Below are positions 13,709 through 28,700 of a stretch of 64,000 nucleotides of DNA, in pieces. The notes beneath the pieces are model-generated. The model worked only from the letters and a program-made list of their open reading frames with translations, ran no database searches and was not told the origin of the DNA. Made by a program: the position numbers and the translations under genes. Numbering within the stretch: position 1 is the first letter of the stretch; each line of letters opens with the position of its first letter. Source of the DNA: Bispira polyomma (Eukaryota). The stretch lies in contig OZ287753.1 in NCBI GenBank assembly GCA_965649765.1, positions 69,812,001-69,876,000 of the forward strand, in the 5' to 3' direction.

Positions 13709-16700
13709 CTGAAAACAATCAAACACACAGTGTCAAAGAAACACATAAACATCACCTTTGTACTTGTTCTGATTATGGTTCTTCAACATAAATACACCAC
13801 CCAATCACCGGTTGTACTAAGGTAGGGTGATAGCCTTTTGATCTATATGACCGTAGTTTAGTTAGTGGTCACAAACAAAAGCATATGAAACGACTGGGTA
13901 AGTCCATATTTATGCAATCAATCATGTCAATCTCAATATGCAGTTGAAATCCCTTTAAATTAAAACTCAAGAGACCAGGAGATATTACTTCTACTTAAGC
14001 AAAGAATATAACATTTGAATTCAGTTGGGTCTACGTCACTTTCAACAGCTTAGGTCATATCAGATTGACAGCCACATTAAATGGAAGAAACCAGTGCTGA
14101 AATACTGTAAACCACCAATCTATGGTAAGTTCCTGACAAACTTTCCCATAGAAATAAATAAATGGGATTCGAACCTACATTGGGGATAGACCAGCAATTA
14201 TTAGCAAGCGCTTCTAACCACTAGGTCACTATGGCACTGACCACTGATAACACACTGTTTTTGACATATTCACCTTTTATGAACTTCCTCCATTTCCTCG
14301 TCTTTAGCTTTGTGAACTAGCTCGATCTCTGCTTTACCCCGCTCCAACTCAATCTTGTGACGTGCCTGAGAAAAGTGTAGACAAGAGGGCTTGTACATTA
14401 ATGGGTCAGATTTATCAAATGTTAGTTCTCCACATCCCTGTAATATACACTTCCGAGAGATTTTTTTATTACTGAAAATAACATAGACATGGTCACCATA
14501 CAGTTTAAGTGAGCTTTCAGGAAGTAATTCACATATGTAGCCAGATTTTAGAGATATTTCTTATACACAAACTACACAGCAAGGGCCATATTCTCAAAAG
14601 ATCTCAAGCTCAACTTAGACTCAAGCTAAATTCTAAAGACACATATTTCTGACGTTAAGTGATGTAAGGTAAACTCTTACTGAATATTTCAATTTAGCAC
14701 TGAAAGCTCTTTTATAATGAATTGTCCCAAGTCTATATTAATACTTAATGTACAAGGCCTTCCACACAGCCTTTCATTTAAATTGAGTCCGAGTTTGAGC
14801 TAGAGTTTCTTCGAGTAATACGGCCACAGAAAATGTGACCATGTGACTTTTCACAAAGGTTACTTTCATGTACAAGGACTTCCACATAGGCTTTCTATAA
14901 GTCAATTCTGAGTTTGAGTTTCTTAGGAGAATACAGGCCCAGGACATGTGACCATATTGACCCTAGTTGTATTCATGTGAACTTTGTCAGTTGCACACCA
15001 TATTTGTGCTGTGTAAACAGGGCTTTAAAATGGTTACCATATCCCTTACCTTTAGCTCGGACATCTGGTTTTTGATGCGTTTGTTTTCTTCCTCTGTTGC
15101 CACGAGTTTGTCAGCAAACTCCTGTCTGATCACATCAGAGACATGGCTACGTTCCTCGTTCAGTTTGTCAAGTAGCTAGACGTGTGGAAACAAAGCACCT
15201 TTTGTTATTTCATTATAGAAATCACTTATGGACATGGCTTTTAACAGCTCTCCTTTGAACAAGTAGCATGTACAGTACAGGGAATATGTGTACATTGTAG
15301 ATGTGAATAGAATACTCTACAAGTGTGCCTCATAAGAGATCAGTGACAAAAATCCATAATTCTAGGTTTCTAGTTTGCTGTGTTTCTCTGGGCTATGAGG
15401 CCTTGGCCTTTTAGCCCATACATAACGTGGAGAACTTTTATGAGAATAAAGTGCGGTGGATTACAATTTGCTTATTTATGGAAATGACCAAGACATGTTA
15501 TTATTTACTTTATTAGAACATTCGGAGAGGAAAATATGATGGCAGCTTTGTTATACAGGAGGAGAGATGTTGAGAAAATTGTGAGTTTAAGACCATTGAT
15601 AAGTTGGTACAGGGACCGTATTCACAAAAGGTCTTAGTCTAAACTTAGTCTGCTCTTATGTCTAAAACATTTAAGACTGCCTACTGTTAGTTTTAGTGTT
15701 AAAGTGTAAAGCTAACAGTAAGCAAAGTCCTTTTCTTATAGTTACTGTGACTATAAGACCAAAATCTTAACCTTTTCGGCCAAAATAAAAGACCTTTTGT
15801 GAATACGGCCCCACAATAATACAGGTAATATTGTACACATAAATAGTGCACCTTTTTCAACTCGACAATCTCCTTGTCTTTCTGCCGTAGGGTGACCTTC
15901 TTCCGTTCATTCTCTCCTTCAAACTCTGCCAACTGTGCCTGAAATATGTTAACATAACAACTAAAATATCAATTAGGTTTTTGTAAAAATTTTCTTATGT
16001 TCAGATATGTTGATCAATATTTAGTTCTATATTCGTACATATCATACTACCTATACTGTTGGCAATTTTTTTGTGCGTTACAAAGCACATTAAAGAGAGC
16101 CATGGTGTTACTGAAAGCAACTGCCAGCGAACAGATATTGTAATTCATGCAATGACAGAGTAATTTTCTGTGTATAGTGAGGGATTTGAATTTGAATTTA
16201 GTTGGGTTTTATGTCGCTCTCAACAACTTGGTATTATCACGTCGGCCAAATTTAACGGTGAAGGAAAACATTATTGAAGATTTTAAAACCACCAGCCACC
16301 AGCAAGTACCTGACCAACTTTCCCATATGAAGGAATGGATGGGATTCGAAGCTACATTGATGAGAGACCAGTGATTATGAAACACTTTTAACTACTTTTA
16401 ACTACTCTTAAAAGAAAATTCACATCCTTGAATATGCTTGTATTTTGTGTCACTTTTAACGGCTCTTTTCATATCATGACGGCCAAATTCAATGGTAGGA
16501 GAAACCTGTGCTAAAGCCACTGTAAACCACCCACTGTAAACTTTCTCACATGAAGGAATGGACAGGATTCAAACAGGCATTTCAAACAACTAGTACACCA
16601 TGATCCCGATTACAATTATGCTTTTTAATGAAAGATAAATGTTTCCAAGTGCTGTGACATAAACAATGGAGTGGTTTTTTAATAGATCGAAAAGTGATGC

Positions 16701-19700
16701 AACCTTTATAAAGCTAAGTTTACCTCATATAACCCCCTCCCCTTACCTTGGTATGGTTGTACTTCTCCATGGTCTGTCTCTCAGATCGCTCTAGTTCTGA
16801 CATCTCAGCTTCATACTTGTCACGGATACGTCTAGAGAAGTCAAAAACAACACAGTCAAAACCTTTCTAGTCACAAAAGACCAACAGAAGCATTAACACA
16901 AGATTTACCACCAAACTGATGAATGCATGTAATATTGAATAAAAATATAGAACCTTGATTATCTGAACTTCTATTATCCAAATATACGCTACACTACATA
17001 TTTCCACTCTTCCTAACGTTTTATCTTTTCTCATTCCTTTAATTTCTTTGTACAGCAAAATGCCTTGTTTATTTCATGATCTTATAATGGAGGTTCTACT
17101 GTACCTAAAGTAAATATTTAGTGCCAACTACAACAAAAACACAAGAATTTTATAAGCTGGCAGGTGATTTTTTCAACAAAATTGACACCTTAGATACAGA
17201 GAGACCAAATTCTAGACTTTTCGAGAGTGAAAATATGTTAAATATTCAAAAACAAAAGTTCAAATACTGTCTTAACAAACTCTTACTTGATGCGGTTGTC
17301 AGCAACCCGCTCACACTCATCTCGTGCATTCTGGTTGTCGGCTTCCAAGCGGTTTATCACTAACTCTATCTCTTTGTCTCGCTCTTTTCTCACTGAATCT
17401 TTTAGTTCACGTTCCTGAGGAATTGTAATTGTAATTAGACTTTTATATACTCCAAGGCGCAACAGCACAAAAGGAAAAAAAGTTCCTAAGGAATTGTAAT
17501 TGTAATTAAGACTTTTATAGACTCTAAGGCGCAACAGCATAAAAGAAAGTAACCCAATTTGCAATATCAAGGGAAAGAAAAGGGTCGAGCACCACAGAGC
17601 GCGCCGGCGGATGATTGAGACTAAGGTGGGTATGCCTTCGTGTACAAGTGGGTTTTAAGCTGCTTTCTAAAAAAGGCTAGTGAAGGGGAAGCACGAATCA
17701 CATCAGGAAGAGCATTCCAAACAACGGGAGCATCAAAAGCAAAGCTGTAACCAAATTGTTTAACTGACTTTTGAGTAGAAGGAACATATGAACATAAATG
17801 CTGTAATTAGAAAAACTCAACACCAGCAATTAATTTTAGCTAATTTTATTAGATAAGTTTTGATAGTAAAGATACATTTTTGGTGAAATATATATTTCTA
17901 TAACTTACCTAAATGACAAAATAGCAATTAGCAAAAATTAATTCCAGTGACTTCGATTAAGTTTTCATGTTTTTTTATTTTCCACTTATACTATCTCAAT
18001 ATTTACTACATTTTAAGTTTTATCTCATGAAGGTGTCTACTACATGTTTTTTCCAAAACTGTTCAAGATTATTTTTTTTAGCCAGACACTGATGAAAAAA
18101 CTGATGATACTGATGATACAGATGAAATTTTGCTTACCTTTGGTATGGGCCAGTGTGTGTGTAATTGACAAGATTAGCGGTGGAATAACTGTATTTGAAT
18201 TAAGGTGGGTTCAAATCACTTTTAATAGCTCACCATATCATATCACAACAGCCAAATTTAAAAGTGGAAGAAACCAGTGCTGAAGCACTATAAATCAGCC
18301 TCCTACGGCAAGTACCCAAAAAACTTTCAACACATAAATGAACAAATGGGATTTCAACCCACATTGAAAAGAGACGAGTGATTATTAGCACAAGCTTTTA
18401 ACAACTAGGCTACTACAGCCTCTGGCAGATAAGTGTGAAATCAGCCTACCTCCTGTATAGACCGGTGTGTTTAATGACTGTAATCCAGAGATAAGCGTAA
18501 GATCAGCCTAATTTCTGAACTGACCGGTGTTTAATGACTGTAATCCACAGATAAGCGTAAGATCAGCCTACCTTCTGAATGATCCGATGTTTAATGACTG
18601 TAATCCACAGATAAGCGTAAGATCACCCTACCTTCTGTATGGACCGGTGTTTAATGACTGTAATCCAGAGATAAGCGTAAGATCAGCCTACCTTCTGTAT
18701 GGACCAGGGTTTAATGACTGTAATCCACAGATAAGCATAAGCCTACCTTTTGTATTGACCAGGTGTCCTGTTTCTTCATGTAGTTCTCCTCCCAAGATGT
18801 CTTTTCCAGGGCAAGCTGCTCTTTTAACTGCTTGGTCTCAGCCTGTATACAACACACAAATAAGCTTTAACATACCCATAGCATCTCACATCCAAATACC
18901 AGAGACCTAAAATATAGTTTGAACATGCTGTCTTCCAAGTCACCAGATACACAAAACTATTAATTATCCAAATTACGGATTATCGAAATGTTTGATTTTA
19001 ATGAATACACTTTTGCTCTCTCAAATTTATATTTTCCTACTGATTTGCAATAAAATGCCTTAAAGGTTTTTTTTAACATTGTAAACCACTGGCCTTCAGC
19101 AAGTCTACTGCTGACTTTTCCAACATGCCACAGATGAGATAGGTGTGGAAAACTGCAGAGGTAGGAGGCGACTGATTTGCCCATCAACCTTCATCTTATC
19201 CTCTCTAAAACACCCTCTCACGTCGTGCTTTTTATCATCCCGGGCCTTTCGTATTCTCATCGCATGGCCCCCACGGAAATTTTTTTGGCTTTTTCTCCTG
19301 TTCTTCCCAGAGCCTTCTCATATTCCCTTCTCATGGCTTCTACCTTACTTCTAATCCTACCTTACTTCTCTTTCCTAATTCCCATCGCATGGCCTTCACT
19401 GAGTTTTGACCTTAACCCTAATTCCCGTCCTCTCTTCTCACCTCATGCCTTTTCTCCTGCTCTTCCCGAGCCTTCTCGTATTCCCTTCTCATGGCTTCCA
19501 CTGAGTTTCCGTGCTGGTCCTCTAGTTGGCGCTGTAGTCTGTCAAGCTCTGCTCTCTGCCGCGAGGCCGACGAGGCGATCCTGTCTTTCTCTTCCTGTAC
19601 CTCAGAGTACAGTCGCCGCCGCTGCTGTTGGTATGCTTCCTCTTCCTGCTGCACCTGCTTCTCATACCTGTAATGGCAAATAGAACCTCGAACTCTTCGA

Positions 19701-22700
19701 AAATCTTAGACGATGCGAAGCAATAACTGATTGACAGAAACAAATATAAACAAGTAGAGACACATGACTCCCGACGGCGGCCATATTGGAATATGCATTT
19801 TTGTTACCCAACTATGGGATACACTCACAACAAAAAATAAATAAATCCACCCAATACGTTCCAAGCTGTGCATGCCTAGGGACGGATGCAGGTATCTTAT
19901 AACCCCAGGATTTCTTTCGAAATCGTCCGGGGAGACAATAATAAACAAAAGACTTGTGCACACTTCCACGTGAACATTCAAAATCTGATAGTTTTACCGT
20001 ATCCACAGCATCACAATATTTTGTGGGCTAACATAACACAAAACATTTCATTAAAACTCCCTCAAAAGGTTATATCCTCTTTTCATGTACTCTTCTGCTA
20101 TTGTTGTATGCATCAGCATTTAGGCTAGTAACCAGATATTTTTTTCGGCGACTGTGTACAAAAGTACTGCTAACCTCCTGCAAAAACATTATCAGTAATT
20201 TTTGATGGCTGGCTTTTATTTGTATTATTAAATAGACTAATACAACACCTGGTTACCAGTGGCCAAAAGGTAATGTTTAAAAAGTGTTATTTCATTTTAA
20301 TAAATTCAGATACCTCCAAAATACAGCTTTCTATTTGTGTACCATATCTTATCAGTTTAGATAGCAGTTTCTTTTTTTCTGTAGATTGGTGGTTTACAGT
20401 GGCTTCAACACTAGTTACTCCCACGAATAAACCTGGCTGTCACGATATGACCAAAGCTGTTGAAAATGACGTAAAACCACAAAATTTGTCACTTTCAAAA
20501 GTATATTTTCAAAGGCCAGATACAGTGGTTGAAGAAACCAGTGCTATAGCACTGTAATCCACTCCGGCAAGTACTGGACAAGTTTCAGCACATAAAGTAA
20601 CAAACAGGATTCGAACCCACATTGGAGAGGGGCAGCGATTGTGAATACTTTTCTTTTGGAATCAAGGGTTTAAAAATGATGGTGGTCCCTTTCCAGTATA
20701 TTACAAAATACTGTTTACACCTTTTATATCATAACATGACACATTTGACACCATTTATCTCTCACCAAAATGTGTATTTATATTAACTGAGATTTCTATT
20801 TCAAAGATTATATTGGCATATCCATATGTAAAGCATCTTAACTGTAATGTTAAAAATATTTAGACCGGAAAGTGAAATTGACCGGAAACTGGTGTGTCAG
20901 TATTACAAAATTCGAAGACATCACTGGACCTAGGATGGTAACGTTCTAGTGGAAGAATGCAGTGCTGAAGCACTGTAAACCACTAACCTACGGTAAGTAC
21001 CTGACAAACTTTCCCCACACAAATCCAACCCACATCAGTGAGAGATCTGTGCCATTGTGCTTCTAATCACTAGAATTATAGTTGCCCTAATGACTTCAAC
21101 ATATGGACTTTTTTTTCGCAATTCAGGGTTTTACATACACAAAGTTTGATGACATCATTAGACCTACGTTTGTCTGGCGAGCTCCCTCTCTCTGACACAT
21201 GCCATCTCTTTCTCCTGAGCCAGCTGGTCTCTCAGCTCCTCTGTCATCTGGATGTACTTCTGGCCGGCCCTCTCATCAGACGCCAACAGCTCAGCCTCCT
21301 GGATGGACTTAAGCTTCTTCACCTCAGACTTGTGCTTGGCTATAAGTCTCTGGATCTCAGGCTCCAGACCTTTGACTGTGGTCTCCTGGGGAAATAGATA
21401 CCATGGAAACCCATCTTAAACAATTTGTACAGGATTTGACAGCTTAACTGTCACTCTGTCCTAAATTTATATTGTTTTTATTGTGCTACACTAAAATGCC
21501 ACTATTTGATGTTTGATGAACCTTCTATTATCCCAAAACAAAATCATGCTCTCCTTGCATGTTTGGATAACAGAGTCTATTGTACACGTTTGGATAATAG
21601 AGGGTCAACTGTACTTTTCTAGAATTTAAATTTAAACTTAGTTGGGTCTTGTATTGCTTGTAATAGTCTGTCAAATATCACACTACCCAATTAGTGAGTT
21701 AGACCCTGTAACTTGTACATTAACTCATCAGCTATCACACTTGTCAGATATCACACTACTCAATTAGCAAGTTAGACCCTGTAACTTTTACATTAACTCA
21801 TCAGCTATCACACTTGTCAGATATCACACTACTCAATTAGTCAGTTAAACCCTGTAACTTGTACATTAACTCATCAGCTATCACACTATCACACTATATT
21901 CAGTAAGACCCTATAACTTGTACATTTACTCCATCAGATATCAAATACCTTGATTTTTTTGGTTTTCTCCTCAATCCAACGCTCTCGCCGTAGTTTTTCT
22001 GCTGCTGCCTGCACTTCCTTAAGTTTGCGTAGTTCTATCTCATGGCTGAAGTGGTAAAAACAAATATTTAAACTGAGCAAATTAGATTATTATACTGCTG
22101 GCTAGGTGCACTGAAATGGTCTCACCTCATAAAGGAGAAAAATCAAAGACACTAGTCATGTACAAATTGGTTATTGTTCAGTCTGGGCCAATTGTACATT
22201 TAGAATGTTGAATGCCTCCCTAAGCTTTGCTGCAATAATAGTATAGATTTTATCACAGGAAATGAGTCAAAAGTATTTCTGTTTGTACACAGTGTTATAC
22301 ATATTTAATAAGTCTGGATTTTACAATCCATGTAAATAGAGTCAGTACATAGTATTTAAATTCAGTTGGCTTTTATGTCACATTTAACAGTTTAGGTCAT
22401 ATCACGATGGCCAGATTCAACAGTCGAAGAAACTAATGCTGAAGCCACAGCGTAAACCACCAATCTACAGCATGTACCTGACAAACTTTCCCTCATGAAG
22501 AAAATAGTGGAATTCAAACCATCATTAGTAAGAGGCCAGTGATGGTGAAGCTAACACGTCTGACCACTAGGCCAACACGGCCACTATCATCAGGGTGTAC
22601 CAGTGGGGACAGGACCCAAAAACAGAAAACTGTGATCTGAAATGGTCATCCAAGCCATTATGTATCTGTTTCCATCTAGGAGCCCGAGTCTAGGATTGAA

Positions 22701-25700
22701 GCGAGATTCCCTCTTGTTCCTAAGCAAGTACATTACCCCCACTGGACCATAGATGGCAGATACTGTCGTATTTCTAGCTATAATAAAGCCACACCACAGT
22801 AGTTTATTAACCTTTTCCTGTACTCACTTTTCCTGCATGGTTCTGATCTTGTCTGCGTATTTTCTGTCCACTTGCTTCAGCTCCTTCACAACGACCTCAC
22901 ATTTCTCACCAAGACTCTTTTTGTCATCGATTAGCTGTGAATGTACACAGATACAGAATACCTCACATAACACAGAACAAGAGAGAGTTGTACAAACTAC
23001 ACATGTACCAAAAATAATATTGATAGCATAATTTACAGACGACCGACATCATGAAATTACATCACATGAACTAAAAATAGGCCATAGTAATATCGCAGCC
23101 GCTGAATCCAAGTTTGTCAAAAGATACAACAAAACTAAAATATCTCTGTAACTCTCTTGGATGTGATAACCTCAAAGGCACATTTAGTTTTTGATTTGTA
23201 CAGGAACCACTTTTTTCTTTGCAAATATTTGAAAGGGAACTTTAAATTGTAGATCCCACTTCATTCAAAATACTAAAGTTGTGTCAATTCGATACAAGTG
23301 TGTATATCCCGGACATGTTATCAGTGACTACAAATATCCAATGAATGGTTAGCAGTACTTAGTTAGTGGGAGAACACGTCTCATAACTGAGTGCAGAGTG
23401 GTGTCACCCACAGTTAAAATCAAAATATTAATGGGCTAATTATTTGCTTGCATACATATACTTGAATCAATAATCACTTAGCTATTGATCTATTTCCATG
23501 TTGCAGCAAACCAAAAAAGTAGTTGATACTATGTGAAATGACCTCTGACGAACGACTCAAGGTCAAGGCACAAGGTCAATAATAGTGATATCAGTAATTT
23601 AGAGTTTTTAGGCTCCAAGTGACCTTGAAATCGAGCCACATCATCAAAAGTATATGACAATAAACTTAATCCCCAAATACATTTACAAGAAGTAGGCATA
23701 AATTGCATCAAATACTTTTTTTGAGTTAGACCTTGGGACATTGTAATTGTGCGGTGGCAGTGGTAGCACCACAATCCTGTCACACAAGTATCTCCCTGAC
23801 ACAATTGACGCATTGATACATATATTTTGTGTCATAAAAAACCTATTAAGATGCCATTCGAAATGTATTAAATCGGCACACCATTAAAATATATGTATTT
23901 TTTTTTACTCATGAAAATGTAAATATGTTATCCATAAATTGAGTTTAAGGTCACAAACGTGCAGTAGTACAAGTCCAAAGAAGCTCTTCCAATGCAATAG
24001 TATTTATTGCCGATTCATTTGTGTATTCACATTACTAGATCCGTAATAAAATGGATAACAATGTCCAACTAAACATGGCCATTGTTTGTATACAATACCT
24101 GATCTATAAAGGATAGGTGACGCTTTATTGTTTCCTCATATTCGTCTTTCTGAATATCCAGCCGCCGTTTCATTTCCTTCTCAGTCTCACGGGCATGTCT
24201 GACTGTCAGTTCTCTTTGTTGGTTCTGCATCAATTAAACAATAAAGTATATATATAATACCCCTGTAATTTTTTGTGAAACATATCAAAAGGAGAAATTT
24301 AGTGCAAACTCATCATTACAGCAATACATTGAATGCATTGGTTAAAACAAATCCACCTGCGACACTTGATGCTTTTCTCTCAACTGTGCAAGTACAGCTA
24401 ACCAGCACGAGTAATTCCCGTAACTGAAGATAGAGGCTTTAGAATGACCATTTATCAATATCTCAAATGTTCTTTCGACTGCCACTGGGGATAGGACCCA
24501 AATGACTGCAAGTACAGCCAACTGGCACCAGTACCTGTCACTCTCCTAACTAAAGAGAGGCTTGGTGATGACCATTTATCAACACACTAAGGTTCCCACT
24601 GGGGATAGGACCCAAATCACTGCAAGTACAGCCAACTAGCACCAGTACCTGTCACTCTCCTAACTAAAGAAAGGCTTGGTGATGACCATTTATCAACACC
24701 CTAAGGTTCCTACTGGGGATAGCTCCCAATGACAAGAGGACTGCCAGTTTAAGTGCCACGCCACTATGTTGCCACGCCATTATGTATCTGTCTGTACCTA
24801 GTTGCCCCCATGCTAGGATCAAACACAGGTCCTCTACATTCCTAAACAAATGTGTTACCCACTTGACCAGGGTGGCAGATAATATTCAGTCAGATTTGAC
24901 TGAACTACTCTTTAGACAGAGATGTGGATGCCACAGATTTAAGCTAAAGATTATCCCACAAAATAGCCATAGGAGTTGAAAACACAAAAGTATTGATGCT
25001 TTAACCAACTCTTGACAGCTTTTATATTTTGATGCTAATGTTAAGTCATGTTAATAATGTTTTATTTCTTTAAGACCACAATCCATGACCAGACATCCTC
25101 TATGGTGCCCAACTCCGTCAATATGCAAAAAAAAAGTCTGATAGGTGGAAAGGTTCATGATCAGAATTCAGTCGTAAGGGAGACTATTCTAGTCAGCAAG
25201 TGATGTAGCTTTAAATGATTTTGAACCTGCTAGTTCTTTTAGGTAAGGCGGCAGTGGTGGAGAAACAATTTCCTTTGGTGAGATCGCTGAGCGATAACAT
25301 AGGTGACAAGTAGGCTGGCTGCTGCACATGAACAGTCTTAAAAATAATAACATTAATTTGGAAATTTTTTACAAAACTATACTTGATATCAAACCGTAAC
25401 ATTTTATCAGATTTGCGCAGTTTTGCAAATCGTACCCACTCTGTCATCGGTGGCTACCAAAAGCCACAAAACGACGACAGTACACTTGGTTTAAAGACGT
25501 ACCAATGCCTTCTGCAGAATGCCCACTGTCCTCTTCTTCTCCTCAAGCTGCATCTTCTGGGTGAGAACCGTACTAGTCACCTGTGGATAAAATTGTAAAC
25601 CAGTTCTTGGTTTGTTTATTAACAGAAACCAACAATTGGTTAGATATCTTTTAACGTGAGTTTTTAGTTTGGAAATTAATTTATCTAGAATTTTACCTGC

Positions 25701-28700
25701 CATAAACTTAACATGTTCAACAATCTGTGAACTTGGGTTTTAATTTTTTCCAAACATTGCTCTAATTTTTTTAAACTTGTTAATAACCGTTTGTCGGCTG
25801 GTTTTATAAATTTACACGTTACGGAAAATCTCAACCAACTGCAGCCCTAGGATAAATCATATACAGACACAGCTTGTATATAAAAACATAGGCAATATTT
25901 GATGATTTGCGATACTTAATTTATCATTGAAACATGTCTTTTTGTGTATAAGAATCTAAAATTTGCTACTGCTTTAAGGTATAGTATAATTATATCTGTA
26001 TTTATTATGGAAGTGAAATTTACAAAGTTTTTCCTTTCTGTTTCTTCACTGACATTTAAAAAATATTTGTTATGCATATTTTCTTCTCTACATAATACAC
26101 ATGATGTGGGTGAAATTCGGGTAAATCAATACAAAGATAAACTAGAAATATGTCTCACGACAAAATATGCCCTCATCAGTTTATATATAGGGCACTAGTG
26201 TTAACTCTTAGACAAATGAGGGTTAATAAGGATGTGAAATATGGAAACAAATATATGATGATACAGTCAAACCCCTTTAAGTACAACTCTGTTAACTCAA
26301 TTTCCCTTTTAATGCAAACAAATTTTATAGTCCCAAAAATGCCGTTTTTATTAAAATCTACCCTGTTAAGTGGAAATCCTGCTGAAGTAGAAGTATTTTA
26401 CAGGTCCCTTAAGGTTCGACTTAAAGGGGTTCAATTGTATTACACAAAAGGTTATACTATTACTATTAGTATGGATATGAGAATAAAAAGGTATAATAAA
26501 CCGATAATAAACAAAGCATTGCCACATTCCTCTATCCCATGTCCATTTCGAGACTAAGTTCAAAGTCACAGCAAATTTTCAAAATGTTTTCTCGATGTTC
26601 AAACATTGCCTAGTCTATGGTGTGTTTGAATGCTTGGTGAAGTTTCAGAACCTAGCGTATTCCTAAATTGGACAAAATAGGTGAGTGTTAGCCACATTTC
26701 CCTATTCTGTGTCTATCCACACATTAATGTCAAAGTAACTAGTTAGAATACTTGGTAAAAAGTACCAAAACTGTGCGAGTACTTAAAGTCAGGATGAGTA
26801 TTCTGAATATATTCAGTGTGTGTGTGCAAGTGCTCGAGCGCATACTTTTGCACCCTTTCAACCCTACTTTTTTAATAATGGTATATTATGTTAATGATGT
26901 TTTAACATGCAAATATTTGCTTACCTCTTATTTTTAAATGAATATTTGAACTCGTTAATGCAGAATACAAAGGATTTTGGTTCCAAGATACCCTTTAAGT
27001 TATGAATTTGAAGTTTGTTGGGGTTTTACATCACTTTAAACAACTTAGGTCATATCGCAATGGCCAGAAAGATTCAATGGTGGAAGAAACTGATGCTGAA
27101 GTACTATACACCACTAACCTACAGCAAGTACCTCATAAATTTTCCACATGAAGGAATGAATAAGATTCGAACCCACAGTAGCAGGAAACCAGTGATTGTC
27201 AAAGCAGGCGCTTCTAGCCACTAGGCAACCACAGCCACCAATACACATTTAGATTAAATTACTCTTACTTTAACACCTAGATTAATACCCCTACACCCAC
27301 TTTGTTACCTCTGCGGCATATGCCGATGCCTGTTCTAGTTCTGCCAGTTCCTCACCAGATGGCAGTAGCAGGGCAGGTTTGTCTAAAGCATCGTTAGCGT
27401 GAGTTAGTTCCTGCACCACACACACATTACACAAGAAAGTGACGATTGTCAGGTTAGAATAAAATCAGGGCTGGTATTCCCAAAATAAACTTGTGCTTAA
27501 ACTCATACTCAACTCAAATATAGGCAATAATGTGTTGATTCTTGTACATGAAAATAAGCCATACTTGTGACCATTCATTTAATAGAGATTTCAACACTGA
27601 ATTAAAATATGAAGTCAGATTTTAAATATGTTTACCATATCCAGAGTAATACAGAATCCAAATTTGAGTTAAGTAGGAGTTTAAGCTGAGTATACATTCA
27701 AGAATACAGTTCCAGGTTCACAAAATTAAACAATATGTACAGAAATATAGAAACAAATTCATGTGCAGTGGAACCTCTATTATCCAAACATCTACAATCT
27801 AAATATTCACTCTCCCAAATTTACATTTTTCCTATGGTTTAAAAATACTAAAATGCCTCTTCTGTTTATAAATCTTTAATTATCTGAAAGAAATCATGGT
27901 CGCCCCAGCCTGTTTGGAAAACAGATGTTTCACTGTAAATGTATAAACAATTGCAAACTTGACAAGCAGAGGGCTCAAATTAGAATGCACTAACAAAGAT
28001 AAACATGTTAAGTGTACAATTGAAGCTCTATTATTCAAATTTCTATCAACCGAACATTCGATTTTATCAACTTATTCTACTCTCCTAAGATTATGTTATT
28101 TCACTGTTTTATGCACAAATGCAACTTCTAGTTCTATTGAGTAAAAAAATCATGTTTCTACCAACATGTTCGGATAATAAAGGGTCTACTGTATTTAAAG
28201 CAGCCAATCAAGGCAGCAAGAACTGTGAAATAAAGTGTTGATAGAAGAACAAGATGGCCAAGAAATAACACAGATCCCCTTGATTACTACTTGTTTCTGA
28301 AGGGTTCAAATGGTTATGCATGGTCTTATCGTTTCGACAGTATCTGAGAATCAGGAACAGTTTTTGAAACTAAGATATCACAAGTTCAAATTTTCGGTAA
28401 AAAACAAATTTCAACATAATAAAGTGCTGATATATACCTAAATTTAACTATTTTTTATGATTTCGACAGTATAACTTCATATCTAAGTGTAAGATGAGGA
28501 AAAAGTTACAATTATAATCTATGTAATTATTTATATTTTTCCTAGGTGACAATGTGTTTGCGGGCACATACTAAAATTCAGCCAATAGGATGTAAAATAA
28601 ATATGATCCTGTCACAAAGCACAGACTCGATGATTGCAAAATTTGTCACAGTCGACTGATGCATCAATCTCTCAATTAATCATCGCAGCTTTAATTATTA

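Noticed and set aside
18527-18910. 127-aa repetitive plus-strand ORF (FNDCNPQISVRS repeats)
   Set aside because: A by-product of the 60-bp tandem repeat, antisense to CEP131.
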